A stretch of 63,889 nucleotides of DNA, filler included, from Octopus bimaculoides (Eukaryota), in the NCBI RefSeq assembly GCF_001194135.2. It is 6 parts of 6 records of this genome, joined end to end, with 100 filler letters (N's around TTAATTAATTAA, not from the genome) between each part and the next. Parts side by side here need not be neighbours in the genome. Positions count along the whole stretch, not along the records: positions 44,157 to 55,293 come from NC_069004.1; positions 55,394 to 59,437 come from NC_068982.1; positions 59,538 to 63,889 come from NC_068985.1; 3 more parts are not named here. One strand, written 5' to 3'. Made by a program: the position numbers and the translations under genes. The notes under the pieces are model-generated. The model made no database searches and was not told where the DNA came from. It was given only the letters and a program-made list of their open reading frames with translations. Shown here piece after piece: positions 47,800 through 60,829 of this stretch; within the stretch, counting starts at the first letter, position 1; every line of letters starts with the position of its first letter.

Positions 47800-48622
47800 N
47801 NNNNNNNNNNNNNNNNNNNNNNNNNNNNNNNNNNNNNNNNNNNNNNNNNNNNNNNNNNNNNNNNNNNNNNNNNNNNNNNNNNNNNNNNNNNNNNNNNNNN
47901 NNNNNNNNNNNNNNNNNNNNNNNNNNNNNNNNNNNNNNNNNNNNNNNNNNNNNNNNNNNNNNNNNNNNNNNNNNNNNNNNNNNNNNNNNNNNNNNNNNNN
48001 NNNNNNNNNNNNNNNNNNNNNNNNNNNNNNNNNNNNNNNNNNNNNNNNNNNNNNNNNNNNNNNNNNNNNNNNNNNNNNNNNNNNNNNNNNNNNNNNNNNN
48101 NNNNNNNNNNNNNNNNNNNNNNNNNNNNNNNNNNNNNNNNNNNNNNNNNNNNNNNNNNNNNNNNNNNNNNNNNNNNNNNNNNNNNNNNNNNNNNNNNNNN
48201 NNNNNNNNNNNNNNNNNNNNNNNNNNNNNNNNNNNNNNNNNNNNNNNNNNNNNNNNNNNNNNNNNNNNNNNNNNNNNNNNNNNNNNNNNNNNNNNNNNNN
48301 NNNNNNNNNNNNNNNNNNNNNNNNNNNNNNNNNNNNNNNNNNNNNNNNNNNNNNNGAATTAGCAGCGAAATACTTGGCTTCCTCAAATGGATGAACCCTT
48401 CTTGCAAAATGTCTGCTATTCTACTGGAATCACAAACAATATTTATCGTTGTTGTTGTTGTTGTTTCTTTTGTTTTTGCCTTTTCCTGTTGTTTTGCTAA
48501 TTCTTATTGTCGCGATTATCCGTCTGTATTGAAAGGTTTTCAATTCGATAATGAAAATCGTGCATGGGTACACCGATTGTGTCCACAACTGCTACAACTA
48601 TTGTTGTTATTGTCCTTGCTTT

Positions 48623-49102
<480 letters not shown>

Positions 49103-49306
49103 AAATCGATGTTACCTGAACAGGTGCACAAAGGTGTGTCACTCGTCAGGTGTCGAAATAAGCGCAGAACAAAGTGTTGTACTCAAGAGCGCAACACACC
49201 ACCCGATCTAGGAATTGAAATCACGATCACTAGATCGCGACTGCAACACCTTAACCATTAGGATAGGTGCCCTCACACATACATTATAAGTATAATCGAT
49301 ATTATT

Positions 49307-49341
<35 letters not shown>

Positions 49342-49974
49342 TAGAAGAAGAAGAAGAAGAAGNNNNNNNNNNNNNNNNNNNNNNNNNNNNNNNNNNNNNN
49401 NNNNNNNNNNNNNNNNNNNNNNNNNNNNNNNNNNNNNNNNNNNNNNNNNNNNNNNNNNNNNNGTTCTTCCGTTGTTATTGTTGTTGTTGGTTCTTCAGTT
49501 GTTACTGTTGTTATTGGTTCTGCTGGAAATATTCAGAAACTTTATTGTTATATTTTTTGTCTCTAGTTTTGCGTTGTTCCTCTGTATTTATTTTACTATT
49601 CTCTGCGATAATTCTACCTGTTTGTAGCGTTGCTCTATGTAAAGTGTGTGTATATACTAAGGAATATATACGATGAAATCATCGTAATATACCCTAGTTC
49701 GTACCTATACCTTGTGGGGAACCTTTCTGGCTTGGACTCTTTCGAGTTTGTTTTATTTTCATATATACGTCTCTATGTGTTAGTTTCTGTTTATGTATGT
49801 GTTTGTGCGCGTGTAGGTCTTTACGTTTGTATGTGTGTACTTTGTATTTTCGCGTGTTCGTGCCTATTTATGTTTGTGTGCGTGCGAGTTTTTGTGTTTG
49901 TTTTTGCTTGTGTGTATAGATCGATAGCTAAATATAGATAATATACATTCATATATATAGACAGACGAACAAAC

Positions 49975-50057
<83 letters not shown>

Positions 50058-50094
50058 AAGACAGACAGACAGACGTGCTCATGAGACCAGGCAA

Positions 50095-50545
50095 TGTAAG
50101 TGAACCGAGAAGCTGATGATTGTCCTCTTTTTCGACAGTTAGGGCATCATCTGCATCCATTTTCTTCCCACTGGCCAGACGTTCAACAAAGAGTAATTTG
50201 TGGAGCTTTTCAAGACGTTCAGGAAATAATTTCATCGTACAAAGTCCGGGCTCTTCCACTCGTTGAGGTTGCAATTACATTAAGACAATGTACTAGTCAT
50301 TAATTCCAAACTGCTAACCAGCTATTTGACAGAGATGAGCATCAAAACTTCCCTCAACGTCTACCGCGATCCCCAGGCTGAAGGAGGATCTCAGGAAAGC
50401 CGCTTTGAAGGTATACAAACATGGACGGCTGTGACAAGTGTACTGGATACTTTCACGTTGATGGACTTCTATCGGGTCTTCAAGAATTGGCTGGAGCGCT
50501 GCAAAATGTGTATCGAACCTGGAGGGTCCTACTTTGCAAGAGATT
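50095..50545 (+). mobile_element. Mariner transposase C-terminal relic
   Basis: KLMIVLFFDS*GIICIHFLPTGQTFNKE...LH*DN...FKNWLERCKMCIEPGGSYF. Confidence 0.82.
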
Positions 50546-50612
50546 TGACTTTTGTACTTGTTTAAAATTTATAAATGTTAGAAAGGGTTTCGAAACCTCT
50601 TCAATGCACCTC

Positions 50613-50673
<61 letters not shown>

Positions 50674-51100
50674 ATATGTTTTTAAGCCAAAAAAATATGC
50701 AAGTTATAAAAATATTCGACTGATCGTTTTACCTGGTGTTTCTATATTTCAGGATGAGGACTCCTTCCTCAGGTAATCTTTTGAAAAATGTTACTATTCA
50801 CTGATTTCTCCGTCTTGTAGAGCGTGTGTCAACGGATAATAACTGTACTAATTCTTTCATATTGAAATACCAGGTAAAACTATCAACGTATTAAGTTTGC
50901 TTTACTTGCAATTTTTATTTTTATTTTGTGAAGTGTGCTTTTTAAAATATCAAAATTATTTATATTTCTGAGATAATACTTGATGAGAATTATATTGCTC
51001 ATACATATATATACCTAGATACATATATATATGTGTGTGGTGGGGGAAAGCACTTCTTTTCTCGAAATATATTCACCATGCAAAGAATGAAAATGCTTAC

Positions 51101-51270
51101 CCGAACACAAGCAACAGAAAAAAACTGGACACTCGACAAAATCGTCTATGAACTCCAAGAAATCAACTTGAAACTCATTCTTTTGACGGGCAAACTCAAT
51201 AAGACACACAGCTATTGCAAAGAAATATGCCCAGAAGAAGAAAGATCCCAGCATCGCCACAGCCTCAAGG
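51101..51270 (-). CDS. Candidate transmembrane exon of the SEA-like gene
   Basis: Acceptor TTTTATATGTTTCAG|C (phase 2) and donor TCGG|GTAAGC; only one open frame, LEAVAMLGSFFFWAYFFAIAVCLIEFARQK. Phase does not match the 51757 donor directly; a second acceptor GCAATAG|CT inside the exon would match. Confidence 0.45.
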
Positions 51271-51361
51271 CTGAAACATATAAAAGAATAAAAGAATACA
51301 CACACACACATACACCCACACACACACACACACGCACACACACACACACACACACACATAC

Positions 51362-51404
<43 letters not shown>

Positions 51405-51756
51405 CGTACATAATCACACCCACACACACAGAGAAGATCTTTGAGTGTCTAGCACCTAACTTTGAGATTGAAAACTATATCAATCCCTGAACTGGATGCC
51501 ACTGCATAATACTAAGGATCCTGCTATCTTCATCTAAAGTAAATACCAATTACTGTAATCGTTTAAGTTTCAAGGACCATAACTTTTCGATACTTTACGA
51601 AAATACCCTATAGATCTATGAGGTGTAGATAAAGAATGTTTAGACAAATTTTTATCAGAAGTATCAACTCAACCCACATCACGACTAGAAACGCAAAGAA
51701 TTTGTCCCAGTGATTTGTGTTTTGGCTTGTCTTTTTCAACATGTCTTTCAACTTAC

Positions 51757-51911
51757 CTTCCCAAACTATACAGGACTTCTCCACCAATAATGTCGGAATC
51801 TTTTTCAGGCTTTGTATTACAACGTCTTCCGTTGCTACGTTTGGGATTTCTCTGATCTCTTGTATCTTACTTTCAAATTCTAACTTCGTCTTCGCCAAAA
51901 TACTGCCATTA
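51757..51911 (-). CDS. SEA-domain-like gene exon
   Basis: Acceptor TTTCCACAG|T (phase 2), donor GAAG|GTAAGT (phase 1); encodes NGSILAKTKLEFESKIQEIREIPNVATEDVVIQSLKKI. Confidence 0.65.
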
Positions 51912-52477
51912 CTGTGGAAATAAAAACGAAATTAAATTATATTTGATATGAAAATTGTTTTAATTGTTACTTTTGTTTTTGCTCATGTTTTTTCAGGTGT
52001 TAATTTAAACCGGTTTTGCTCTTCGTCACCATTGCAACACAGAAAAGTGAAGCTCTGGATGGACACATAAAAAAGCGATTGGTTGAATATGCATGGACAT
52101 GCAAGATCTGAGATAACACTCTCCTGCCAAAGACCATCAAGCTACCCTAGACGTGTACCCCATTTGCAGAGGCAGAAGTGAAAGGAGCTTAATTCCACTT
52201 GTCTAATTACAATAGTGACCTGAGATAAATAAATACAGTTGTTATATGCAATATGGATGAAGTAATAATATCTTCTGTATGGCATGAATATGTGCAAGTA
52301 CCGAAATTTAGTTTACACATGGATCTGCGTTTTTTTAATCATGGCCCATGGATTTGTAGCTACCACTGCAACTACTGCTGCAGCCGTTGTCACTGTTGCA
52401 GCTTCTGCTGCTGCTGCTGCCGCCACCGCCACCAGCATTGATGTTACGATGCGGTGGACTTGGTACCGTAACAGTAA

Positions 52478-52521
<44 letters not shown>

Positions 52522-52689
52522 NNNNNNNNNNAATAATAATAATAATAATAATAATAATGGTGATGATGATGATGATGATTACACATTTTTCCACAAGGGC
52601 GTGTGTGTATGTGTACGCGCGCGCGCGTGGGGGTGAGATCATAAAATTCAGGTCTTACAAAACAACTAATAATCATGAAATATACTTAC

Positions 52690-52760
52690 CGAAGATCAGT
52701 GACCGAACTACCCGTGTAAAGTAGATTTAGAACGGAGTGTTTCTTTATTGCATTGTCAAT
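52690..52760 (-). CDS. SEA-domain-like gene exon (71 nt)
   Basis: Acceptor ACATTCTAG|ATT (phase 0), donor TCG|GTAAGT (phase 2). IDNAIKKHSVLNLLYTGSSVTDLR joins the next exon to give VTDLRNGSILAKTKLEF, resembling the SEA FRxGSVVV motif. Confidence 0.68.
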
Positions 52761-53496
52761 CTAGAATGTATAAACGTAAATAACATATATACATACATAT
52801 ATATACATACATACATACATATATATATATATATANNNNNNNNNNNNNNNNNNNNNNNNNNNNNNNNNNNNNNNNNNNNNNNNNNNNNNNNNNNNNNNNN
52901 NNNNNNNNNNNNNNNNNNNNNNNNNNNNNNNNNNNNNNNNNNNNNNNNNNNNNNNNNNNNNNNNNNNNNNNNNNNNNNNNNNNNNNNNNNNNNNNNNNNN
53001 NNNNNNNNNNNNNNNNNNNNNNNNNNNNNNNNNNNNNNNNNNNNNNNNNNNNNNNNNNNNNNNNNNNNNNNNNNNNNNNNNNNNNNNNNNNNNNNNNNNN
53101 NNNNNNNNNNNNNNNNNNNNNNNNNNNNNNNNNNNNNNNNNNNNNNNNNNNNNNNNNNNNNNNNNNNNNNNNNNNNNNNNNNNNNNNNNNNNNNNNNNNN
53201 NNNNNNNNNNNNNNNNNNNNNNNNNNNNNNNNNNNNNNNNNNNNNNNNNNNNNNNNNNNNNNNNNNNNNNNNNNNNNNNNNNNNNNNNNNNNNNNNNNNN
53301 NNNNNNNNNNNNNNNNNNNNNNNNNNNNNNNNNNNNNNNNNNNNNNNNNNNNNNNNNNNNNNNNNNNNNNNNNNNNNNNNNNNNNNNNNNNNNNNNNNNN
53401 NNNNNNNNNNNNNNNNNNNNNNNNNNNNNNNNNNNNNNNNNNNNNNNNNNNNNNNNNNNNNNNNNNNNNNNNNNNNNNNNNNNNNNNNNNNNNNNN

Positions 53497-53581
53497 TGGG
53501 TATAAGGAGGAGGTCATTACAGAACCGAAAATATTCAGATATATCTCCCACACATTCCTTCACTAATATTGACTCTTTCAT
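53497..53581 (-). CDS. Possible upstream exon of the SEA-like gene, running into a gap
   Basis: MKESILVKECVGDISEYFRFCNDLLLIP; the SEY to IDNA spacing would fit the first SEA helix. No clear acceptor, and the donor would be hidden in N. Confidence 0.3.
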
Positions 53582-53825
53582 TTTCTCTCCACCAAATTAT
53601 TTTTACTCATTTTACTATTACGTTTGTTGTTCGTTCCATTAAATCTGTTTACATTGAGTTACCTATTAAACCATGTCACCACCTTATTACTCCTAGCTAG
53701 CTTCTTAACACATTGTTATTAGACATGTTAACCCAGTCTTATCTATTTGGTCTTTGTTACCACCTAATTGTATCTACTTATAGCTCTCCACCTCTTAGTC
53801 ACTAAATATGTCAAAACTATAAAGT

Positions 53826-54245
53826 CGGCGAGGAGCTGGCAGAATCGGTAGCACGCCGGGCGAAATGCTTCCCGGTATTTCGTCTGCCACTACGTTCTGA
53901 GTTCAAATTCCGCCGAGGTCGACTTTGCCTTTCATCCTTTCGCGATCGATAAATTAAGTACCAGTTACGCACTGGAGTCGATGTAATCGACTTAATCCCT
54001 TTGTCTGTCCTTGTTTGTCCCCGCTATGTTTAGCCCCTTATGGACAATGAAGAAATAAGAAACGTTAGCACGCCGGACGAAATGCTTAGCGGTATTTCGT
54101 CTGCCACTACGTTCTGAGTTCAAATTCCGCCAAGGTCGACTTTGCTTTCCATCCTTTCAGGGTCGATAAATTAAATACCAGTTGCGTACTGGTGTCATTC
54201 TAATCGACTGGGCCCCCTACCCCAAAATTTCAGGCCTTGTGCTTG
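53826..54245 (+). mobile_element. Two tandem SINE family C copies
   Basis: Head GGCGAGGAGCTGGCAGAATCG at 53826; a second AGCACGCCGG...GAGTTCAAATTCC core at about 54066. Confidence 0.85.
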
Positions 54246-54568
54246 TCCTTTATGTTATGGATTCAAATTCTACCGGTGCTGACTTGACTTTTAATCCTTC
54301 TAAGATCAACGAAATAAAAAAAAAAGATCAGTGGAGTAGAACAGCCGACTCAGTATTCCTATAAATAATACTAGATCTAAGCAAACATAGCTGTGTAATT
54401 AAGAAATTCATTTCGCAACCATGTGGCACCCAGATTCATCAAACAACGCTGAGCCTTGCTCAAGTGTCTTGGGTTGACCAATATCTTGTGAGTGGAATTT
54501 AGCATTCAGGTTCTTTAGTATACGGGTATAGGAAAACTATACGGAATCCTTTCGTATGCATACATGCA

Positions 54569-54622
<54 letters not shown>

Positions 54623-54624
<2 letters not shown>

Positions 54625-54916
54625 AGGCGCAATGGCCTAGTAGTTAGGGCAACGGACACGTGGTCATAGGATCGCGGTTTCGATTCCCAGACCGGGCGTT
54701 GTGAGTGTTTATTGAGCGAAAACGCCTAAAGCTCCACGAGGCTCCGGCAGGGGATGGTGGCGAACCCTGCTGTACTCTTTCACTACAACTTTCTCTCACT
54801 CTTACTTCCTGTTTCTGTTGTGCCTGTAATTCAAAGGGCCAGCCTTGTCACGCTGAATATCCCCGAGAACTACGTTAAGGGTACACGTGTCTGTGGAGTG
54901 CTCAGCCACTTGCACG
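54623..54916 (+). mobile_element. SINE family B, 3'-truncated
   Basis: GGAGGCGCAATGGCCTAGTAG...GGTTTCGATTCCC...GTGCTCAGCCACTTGCACG. Confidence 0.9.
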
Positions 54917-55104
54917 CACACACGCACGCACACATACACATACCTACATACACCCATACACACATCTGTATGTAGGTGTATATCTTTAGCCAATGTACAC
55001 CAACAAAAGATATAAATATCGGCGAAAAACCGGAATTTCTTCAAACGTCAAAAAAGCAACAAAGCAGTGGCTAGAATTAGACATAATGCTGCTGCTGCTG
55101 CTGT

Positions 55105-55177
<73 letters not shown>

Positions 55178-55179
55178 AA

Positions 55180-55293
55180 AGATTTGCTAATCGAAATTGA
55201 AAAGATGTGGCATCTCAAGATGGTTACAATACCAGAGATTCTAGGAGCACTTGGAATGATCAAAACAGGAACTGAAAATTATTTAAGAATGAT
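55180..55293 (+). mobile_element. RLE retrotransposon C-terminal fragment, second family
   Basis: KDLLIEIEKMWHLKMVTIPEILGALGMIK matches the Y.DL..EI..LW....IP.IIGALG pattern; follows (GAT)n and is cut by the spacer. Confidence 0.7.
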
Positions 55294-55393
55294 NNNNNNN
55301 NNNNNNNNNNNNNNNNNNNNNNNNNNNNNNNNNNNNNTTAATTAATTAANNNNNNNNNNNNNNNNNNNNNNNNNNNNNNNNNNNNNNNNNNNN
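55294..55393. other. Artificial scaffold spacer
   Basis: 44 N + TTAATTAATTAA (55338-55349) + 44 N. Confidence 0.95.
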
Positions 55394-55447
<54 letters not shown>

Positions 55448-55977
55448 ATGTGTGAGCGTGTCGTGCGTGTATGTGTGAGCGTGTCTGTATACATACATAC
55501 CTATCAACCGAACTACAGATTTCATGAGCATGAATATAAATGGCTGAGTACACCAGCGGTACATGAACCATTAACATAATTTCTCAGGTAGAAATCGTGT
55601 GACACCGTGTTTGACAACGCTGGGCCTTTCAGCTATGGTTACCGTTCCCCGCGATATACCTGCTCAAGTATTCCTTTGCCATTTTACGCTTTTAAGTTTT
55701 GCGTTGACCTTGAGACTATGATTAAAGACATATGAGTACGCATTTGTGTTTGAATTTAGCCCTGCACTGTTTAACAACCGGTGCTAATTTGTTTACGTTA
55801 CTGTATCGACAAAAGAGACAGATAAAATATTTATTCTGGGATCGGTTTGTTCGACTATCCATGTTCAAAGTCTACCGATTCAAAAGAAGTAAAAAAGTAA
55901 ATAAGCATATAATATATATATATATATACATATCTGTTTCTGTGTGCGCACGCATTCAGGTGTAAGCGTGTCTTATT

Positions 55978-57275
55978 CTTTTCTACTCTAGGCACAAGGC
56001 TCGACATTTTTGGGGAGGGGATCAGTCGACTAGATAGACCCCAGTATACAACTGGTACTTATTTTATCGATCCCAAAAGGATGAAAAGCAAAGTCGACCT
56101 CGGCAGAATTTGAACTCAGAACGTAAAGACAGACGAAATACCGGTATGCTAACGTTTCTGCCAGCTCGCCACCTAGTGAGCGTGTCTTATTACAATATTA
56201 AATGCATACGCAAAACATATATTTACATTTATGTACCAGCTATAACACAATATTCTTATACACATTTTATAACATTTAAATCTATATTTTTTCCGAGTAT
56301 AATTGCAATAACAAAATAGAAAAGTAAAATAAGCAGAAATATCGGGATCCCTTATCCTCATAGGCCTCTTACTGTATTATTGAATTGATATCATCATAAA
56401 TACAGTATTGTAAGAACTGTATTTATGGATTTCTGCTAATTGTATCCACTTTAAATCATTAATTAAAGCGCTTTTATAATTTCGTTTATAGTAGATCAAC
56501 GCACAAACTGTCATTCATATAGCATTGATTTTATAGAATAATTTGGTAAGTTTTGTTTCTTTAGAGCTGGTTGCTCTTTCAAAGATGAGAGACTAAAATC
56601 CCAAAATACGAACTTTCAACCTTTAAACCTCTTCAATAATATTTTGTAAAATATACGTTGCTATATTTCATTTTGTCTTACAGTTCGGTAATATTATGTC
56701 AAACAAAGAATACGATCCATCGAAATTGTTAGCACACTGGGCAAAATGCTTAGTGGTATCTCCTCCGTTTTTATGTTCTGAGTTCAAATTCCACCGAGGT
56801 CGACTTTACTATTCTTCCTTTCAGTGTCGATAAAGTAAGTACCAGTTGATCAGTGAGGTTGATGAGATTGAATTATCCCTCCCCTGAAATTTCTGGCCTT
56901 GTGCCAATGTTATGCCAAAATATTAGTTAATATTAAAAAAAAAAATATTCATCAACCATGCTGCAAAAGTTTCGTAAAGAGAGAAAAAGGAAATTTTGTT
57001 GTGTTTAGGAAGAGTCATTATGCCTGATTTAAACATCATGTAAACAATGTTTTCAGATTTTTGCACATTACAGCAAATTTTTCAGTAGATCATTAGAAAG
57101 GGGGAAGTTAATTACATCGATCCCAGTACTTGACTGATAATTATTTTATCATCCCCGAAGCGATAAAAGGAAAGTTTGACTTAGGTAGAATTTTGAACTC
57201 GGAACGTTTAGACGAACGAAAAACGTCAATCATTTTACTTGGAGTGCATCGGTTCTGTCAACCCACCGCCTTGAC
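55978..57275. mobile_element. Three SINE family C copies (55978-56172 minus, 56725-56905 plus, 57100-57275 minus)
   Basis: Shared GTCGAC(T/C)...CATCCTTT...TAAGTACCAG core at differing decay. Confidence 0.7.
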
Positions 57276-58047
57276 TCCTCGAAATGATGAAAAGTAAAAT
57301 TTACTTAGACAAGAATCTTCATCATAAAATTTGTGATTTAGTTAAATTCGCTTTTATTCATAATCATATTTAAGTTGTAAAATCTTTTTGTCTTGTTTTT
57401 GTTCTTCACTTATTGATTTTAAATTTCTAGAAATGACACAAGTGAATATTAAAAAATATGGATTTAATAAAGAGGACAATGTCCAAAGATGATCCGAGAT
57501 CTTTAGCTTTAGTTGGTCTATTACACTTCACTAATCTTTGTAAAAAGATTAAAAAGATATTTATAAAATAACTTTTATGTTTGGGATTATATGCAGTCAG
57601 ATATTTATAGTTAAGGTTAGGCTTGTGGATATATACGTCCCCTAGAGTTAACCGCAAGCCTAACTCTAAAATTTCTCCCATTGTATCCCGAAGGTAACTG
57701 GATTTTATTTTTTATTACCTGATAAGTGATTTCGGTGGGGTTCATTTTGGGCCGGTTATCTTTAAATATGAGAACATTGGAATAATTAAGATCTTTGATA
57801 ATGACAAGGCAACTGGGTTATAAAAGTATACGTATGTACAAGGTTTGTAAGAGGGAAAAGGTTCACCTGGTACATAGGCCCAAGATCCATGACTATCTGC
57901 GGCATCCATTCCTTAAAATGACGTCAGCGACGTTTTTTTCTAGGGAGTGGGTGCCTTGAATTTTGAGAGAGCACCCTCCCTAACAGTCCTGGGACCCGAA
58001 AGAAATCATTCTCCGTCAAACGAATCTTCTCTGATGTATGTCAATGG

Positions 58048-58087
<40 letters not shown>

Positions 58088-58829
58088 ATACATCACAGGG
58101 AGTGTTGCATACGCGTGTAATTTAAGTTTGTTGTTGCTTTCTTTTTCTTTTGGTAGTTGGGCGGGGACCTCGTTCGATACTTATAGTTTTCCAGTATTTA
58201 AGTATACTCGAAAACATGAGCACATGATATCAAAAAATTACAACGTAATATATAAACAAAGAAACTTGAAAGAAAGAAAGAAAGAAAGAAAGAAAGAAGA
58301 GGTAGAAAATGTAAAAAGGAAGCAAAAATAAGGATGACAGAAAATAAATGAAGAATAATGTGAAAGACAAAAAATTAAAGAAAGAAACAAGAAAGAGAAA
58401 GAAAATAAAATGGTACGAAAGAGCGAATGAATTACAGAAAAATACAGGAAAGAATAAAGAATGGGAAAGCAATATGAAAGAAAGAAAGAAGCAAACTTAG
58501 CAAAGGTTGTCATCATTAGAATGGCTGATTCCGGCATTGACTCGACAAAAGGCTCTAAATTTTAGGTGCTTGTGATGATTGGCTAAATACTTTCAATTTC
58601 TCTTGTTGTTGCTGATACATGTATTGTTTGTTGTTTAACCCCAAATTAGCCTTGGTCAAAGACGATCCATCCATGACCATCCTCTATTGTCTTTTCTCCA
58701 GTCACATGCTGTGTACCTAAAACACTGTTATTCAACAACTCCATTTTGTTTTGTGTGTTTGTATCTTCTGTTTGTTTTTCTTAACTTCTACCTCATTAAT
58801 ATTTTTCTTCTATAAGCACAAGGCCTGCA

Positions 58830-58917
<88 letters not shown>

Positions 58918-58918
<1 letters not shown>

Positions 58919-59185
58919 GGCGGCGAGCTGGCAGAATCGAAAGCATGCTGGGCGAAATACTTAGCGGTATTTCGTCTGCCGCAACGTTCTGAGCTCAAAT
59001 TCCGTCGAGGTCGACTTTGCCTTTCATCCTTTCGGAGTCAATAAATTAAGTAACAGTGAAACACTGGGGTCGATGTGATCGACTAGTCCCCCACACCCAA
59101 TTTCAGGCGACCTCGGCGGAATTTGAACGAAATGCCGCTAAGCATTTTGTCCGGTGAGCTAACGATTCTGCCACCACGCCGCCTT
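58918..59185. mobile_element. SINE family C plus copy fused to an inverted head
   Basis: Plus head at 58918 after (ATT)n; GACCTCGGCGGAATTTGAAC...TTCTGCCA (minus head) at 59108-59175. Confidence 0.75.
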
Positions 59186-59244
59186 TTCTGCATCATTAAT
59201 ATGAAACGATAACAGCAGGTTGATTTTTGATTGATATCCAAGTC

Positions 59245-59437
59245 TGGGTGAGAGAGAGAGACAGGGAGACCGAGAGTGAAAGAGAGAGACTGAGAGAACG
59301 AGAGTGGAAGAGAGAGACAGAGAGAACGAGAGTGGAAGAGAGAGACAGAGAGAACGAGAGTGGAAGAGAGAGACAGAGAGAACGAGAGTGAAAGAGAGAG
59401 ACAGAGAGAACGAGAGTGAAAGAGAGAGACAGAGAGA
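59245..59437. repeat. 28-bp purine-rich minisatellite
   Basis: AACGAGAGTG recurs at 59297, 59325, 59353 and 59381. Confidence 0.85.
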
Positions 59438-59537
59438 NNNNNNNNNNNNNNNNNNNNNNNNNNNNNNNNNNNNNNNNNNNNTTAATTAATTAANNNNNNN
59501 NNNNNNNNNNNNNNNNNNNNNNNNNNNNNNNNNNNNN
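59438..59537. other. Artificial scaffold spacer
   Basis: 44 N + TTAATTAATTAA (59482-59493) + 44 N. Confidence 0.95.
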
Positions 59538-59827
59538 AGGGTTAGGGTTAGGGTTAAAGCAAATTTAAAATGAAAAAAGCAAATAAAACGAAGAATCGTT
59601 TGTTTATGTAGTCGGCACTTAATGTATATCGGCTGAATGGACGTCAGTGATTGGTTGAAATTATCGAAATAAGACAATTTTTTACATGAAATAAATTCGA
59701 ATACAAAAATATTTTTCTGTTCTATAACACAAAATAGATAAGTATACGAAGTTTGAAAGTCTTTCGGTACCAAAAACACTACGTAAAACATTAATGAAAA
59801 ATGTGGCCCCCGTTTTAAAAAAGATCC
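59538..59827. mobile_element. One end of a non-autonomous element of the family at 60830
   Basis: Ends GGCCCCCGTTTTAAAAAAGATCC; 59590-59680 is inverted relative to 60976-61062, and 59739-59800 matches 61371-61431. Confidence 0.7.
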
Positions 59828-60104
59828 CCTCTTTTAAAATCTCACCTTAGAGCTGTGCTCCACAACCTTTTCCAGTTGCGGTACACTTACAGTCTTTTCA
59901 AAATTCGGTGGCATACCGGAATTAAAAATATAACTAAAAGTACAGGGAAAAAAATTATATTCAGGTTATACTGCGGCACACCTAGCATCATCTCGTGACA
60001 CACCAGTCTTTAATACAAAGTTTGGGGTAACATGCAGTTTACTGTCGTAAAAAAGTGAAAGTAAACTCTCATAAATGAAAGTAAATTTGCAATAGAACCT
60101 GGAA

Positions 60105-60420
60105 GTGAGGCTTGTAACATACCAAAACTTCATAAAACATTTGATATCGGATGGCTGGGCTCACTACGTGGGTATCGGCAACTTCTATACTCATGGAGTT
60201 GTCAACCATTCACTCAATTTTGTTGATCCAAACAATGACAATATCCATACACAGATTATAGGAAGACGATCGCCAAGAATAAAATTACGCAACAATGCAG
60301 GAATATTGATGATTTATTTACATCTTATTTTCATGAGCATGTGTGGCGAAACAGAGAGGTCGTAAATGACTATTTACGAATCTCATTTCGTGTATCAATG
60401 ATTGCCATGTTTCCCCGAAA
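60105..60420 (+). mobile_element. Merlin (IS1016/ISXO2-like) transposase relic
   Basis: LISDGWAHYVGI...HGVVNHSLNFVDPNNDNIHTQII, then SYFHEHVWR in a shifted frame, matching the SDGW..Y..VNHS.NFVDP..HTQ.IE..YL.EF.WR pattern. Confidence 0.85.
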
Positions 60421-60829
60421 AAAGTTATTTGTTTCATCTAGAATAAAATATATGTACGGTTTTCATGTTATATTAAATCTACGTACGTTCTATGCTTTGG
60501 TTGTCACATTGTTTACAATGTGTGAAGGGATGTCGCCGTGGTTATTTCCGGTTCCTTTTGCTACTTACTTTCATTTTTTAGGATAGTTTACTTTTATTTA
60601 TTTATTTTTTGTTTTGTTTACCGCTGTAAACTGCTTATTTACCCAAAGTTAGACACGTTGGTTAAGGTGGTACGACAATTTTTTTTAAATGGTCACAACC
60701 ATCGCCGACACAACCACCACCACCACCACCACCGTAACTGCTACCTACACCACCACCACCACCGTGACCATCGTCGATACCGCCACCACCTTTTCGTTCT
60801 GAGTTCTAATATTGCAGAAGTCAACTTTG

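Noticed and set aside
50753-50873. Plus-strand 20-nt and 53-nt micro-exon candidates
   Set aside because: Separated by only a 48-nt intron, no plus-strand gene to attach them to, and they lie antisense to the SEA-like gene.
51033-51413. Plus-strand ORF MQRMKMLTRTQ...
   Set aside because: Overlaps the minus exon that has strong splice sites; ends in (AC)n.
51608-51756. C-terminal hydrophobic tail FFAFLVVMWVELILL as a tail anchor
   Set aside because: Lies past the consensus donor at 51757 and is more likely intron read-through.
59538-59556. (TTAGGG)3 as a telomere
   Set aside because: Only about three units, continuous with a transposon end at a segment edge; cannot be called telomeric.
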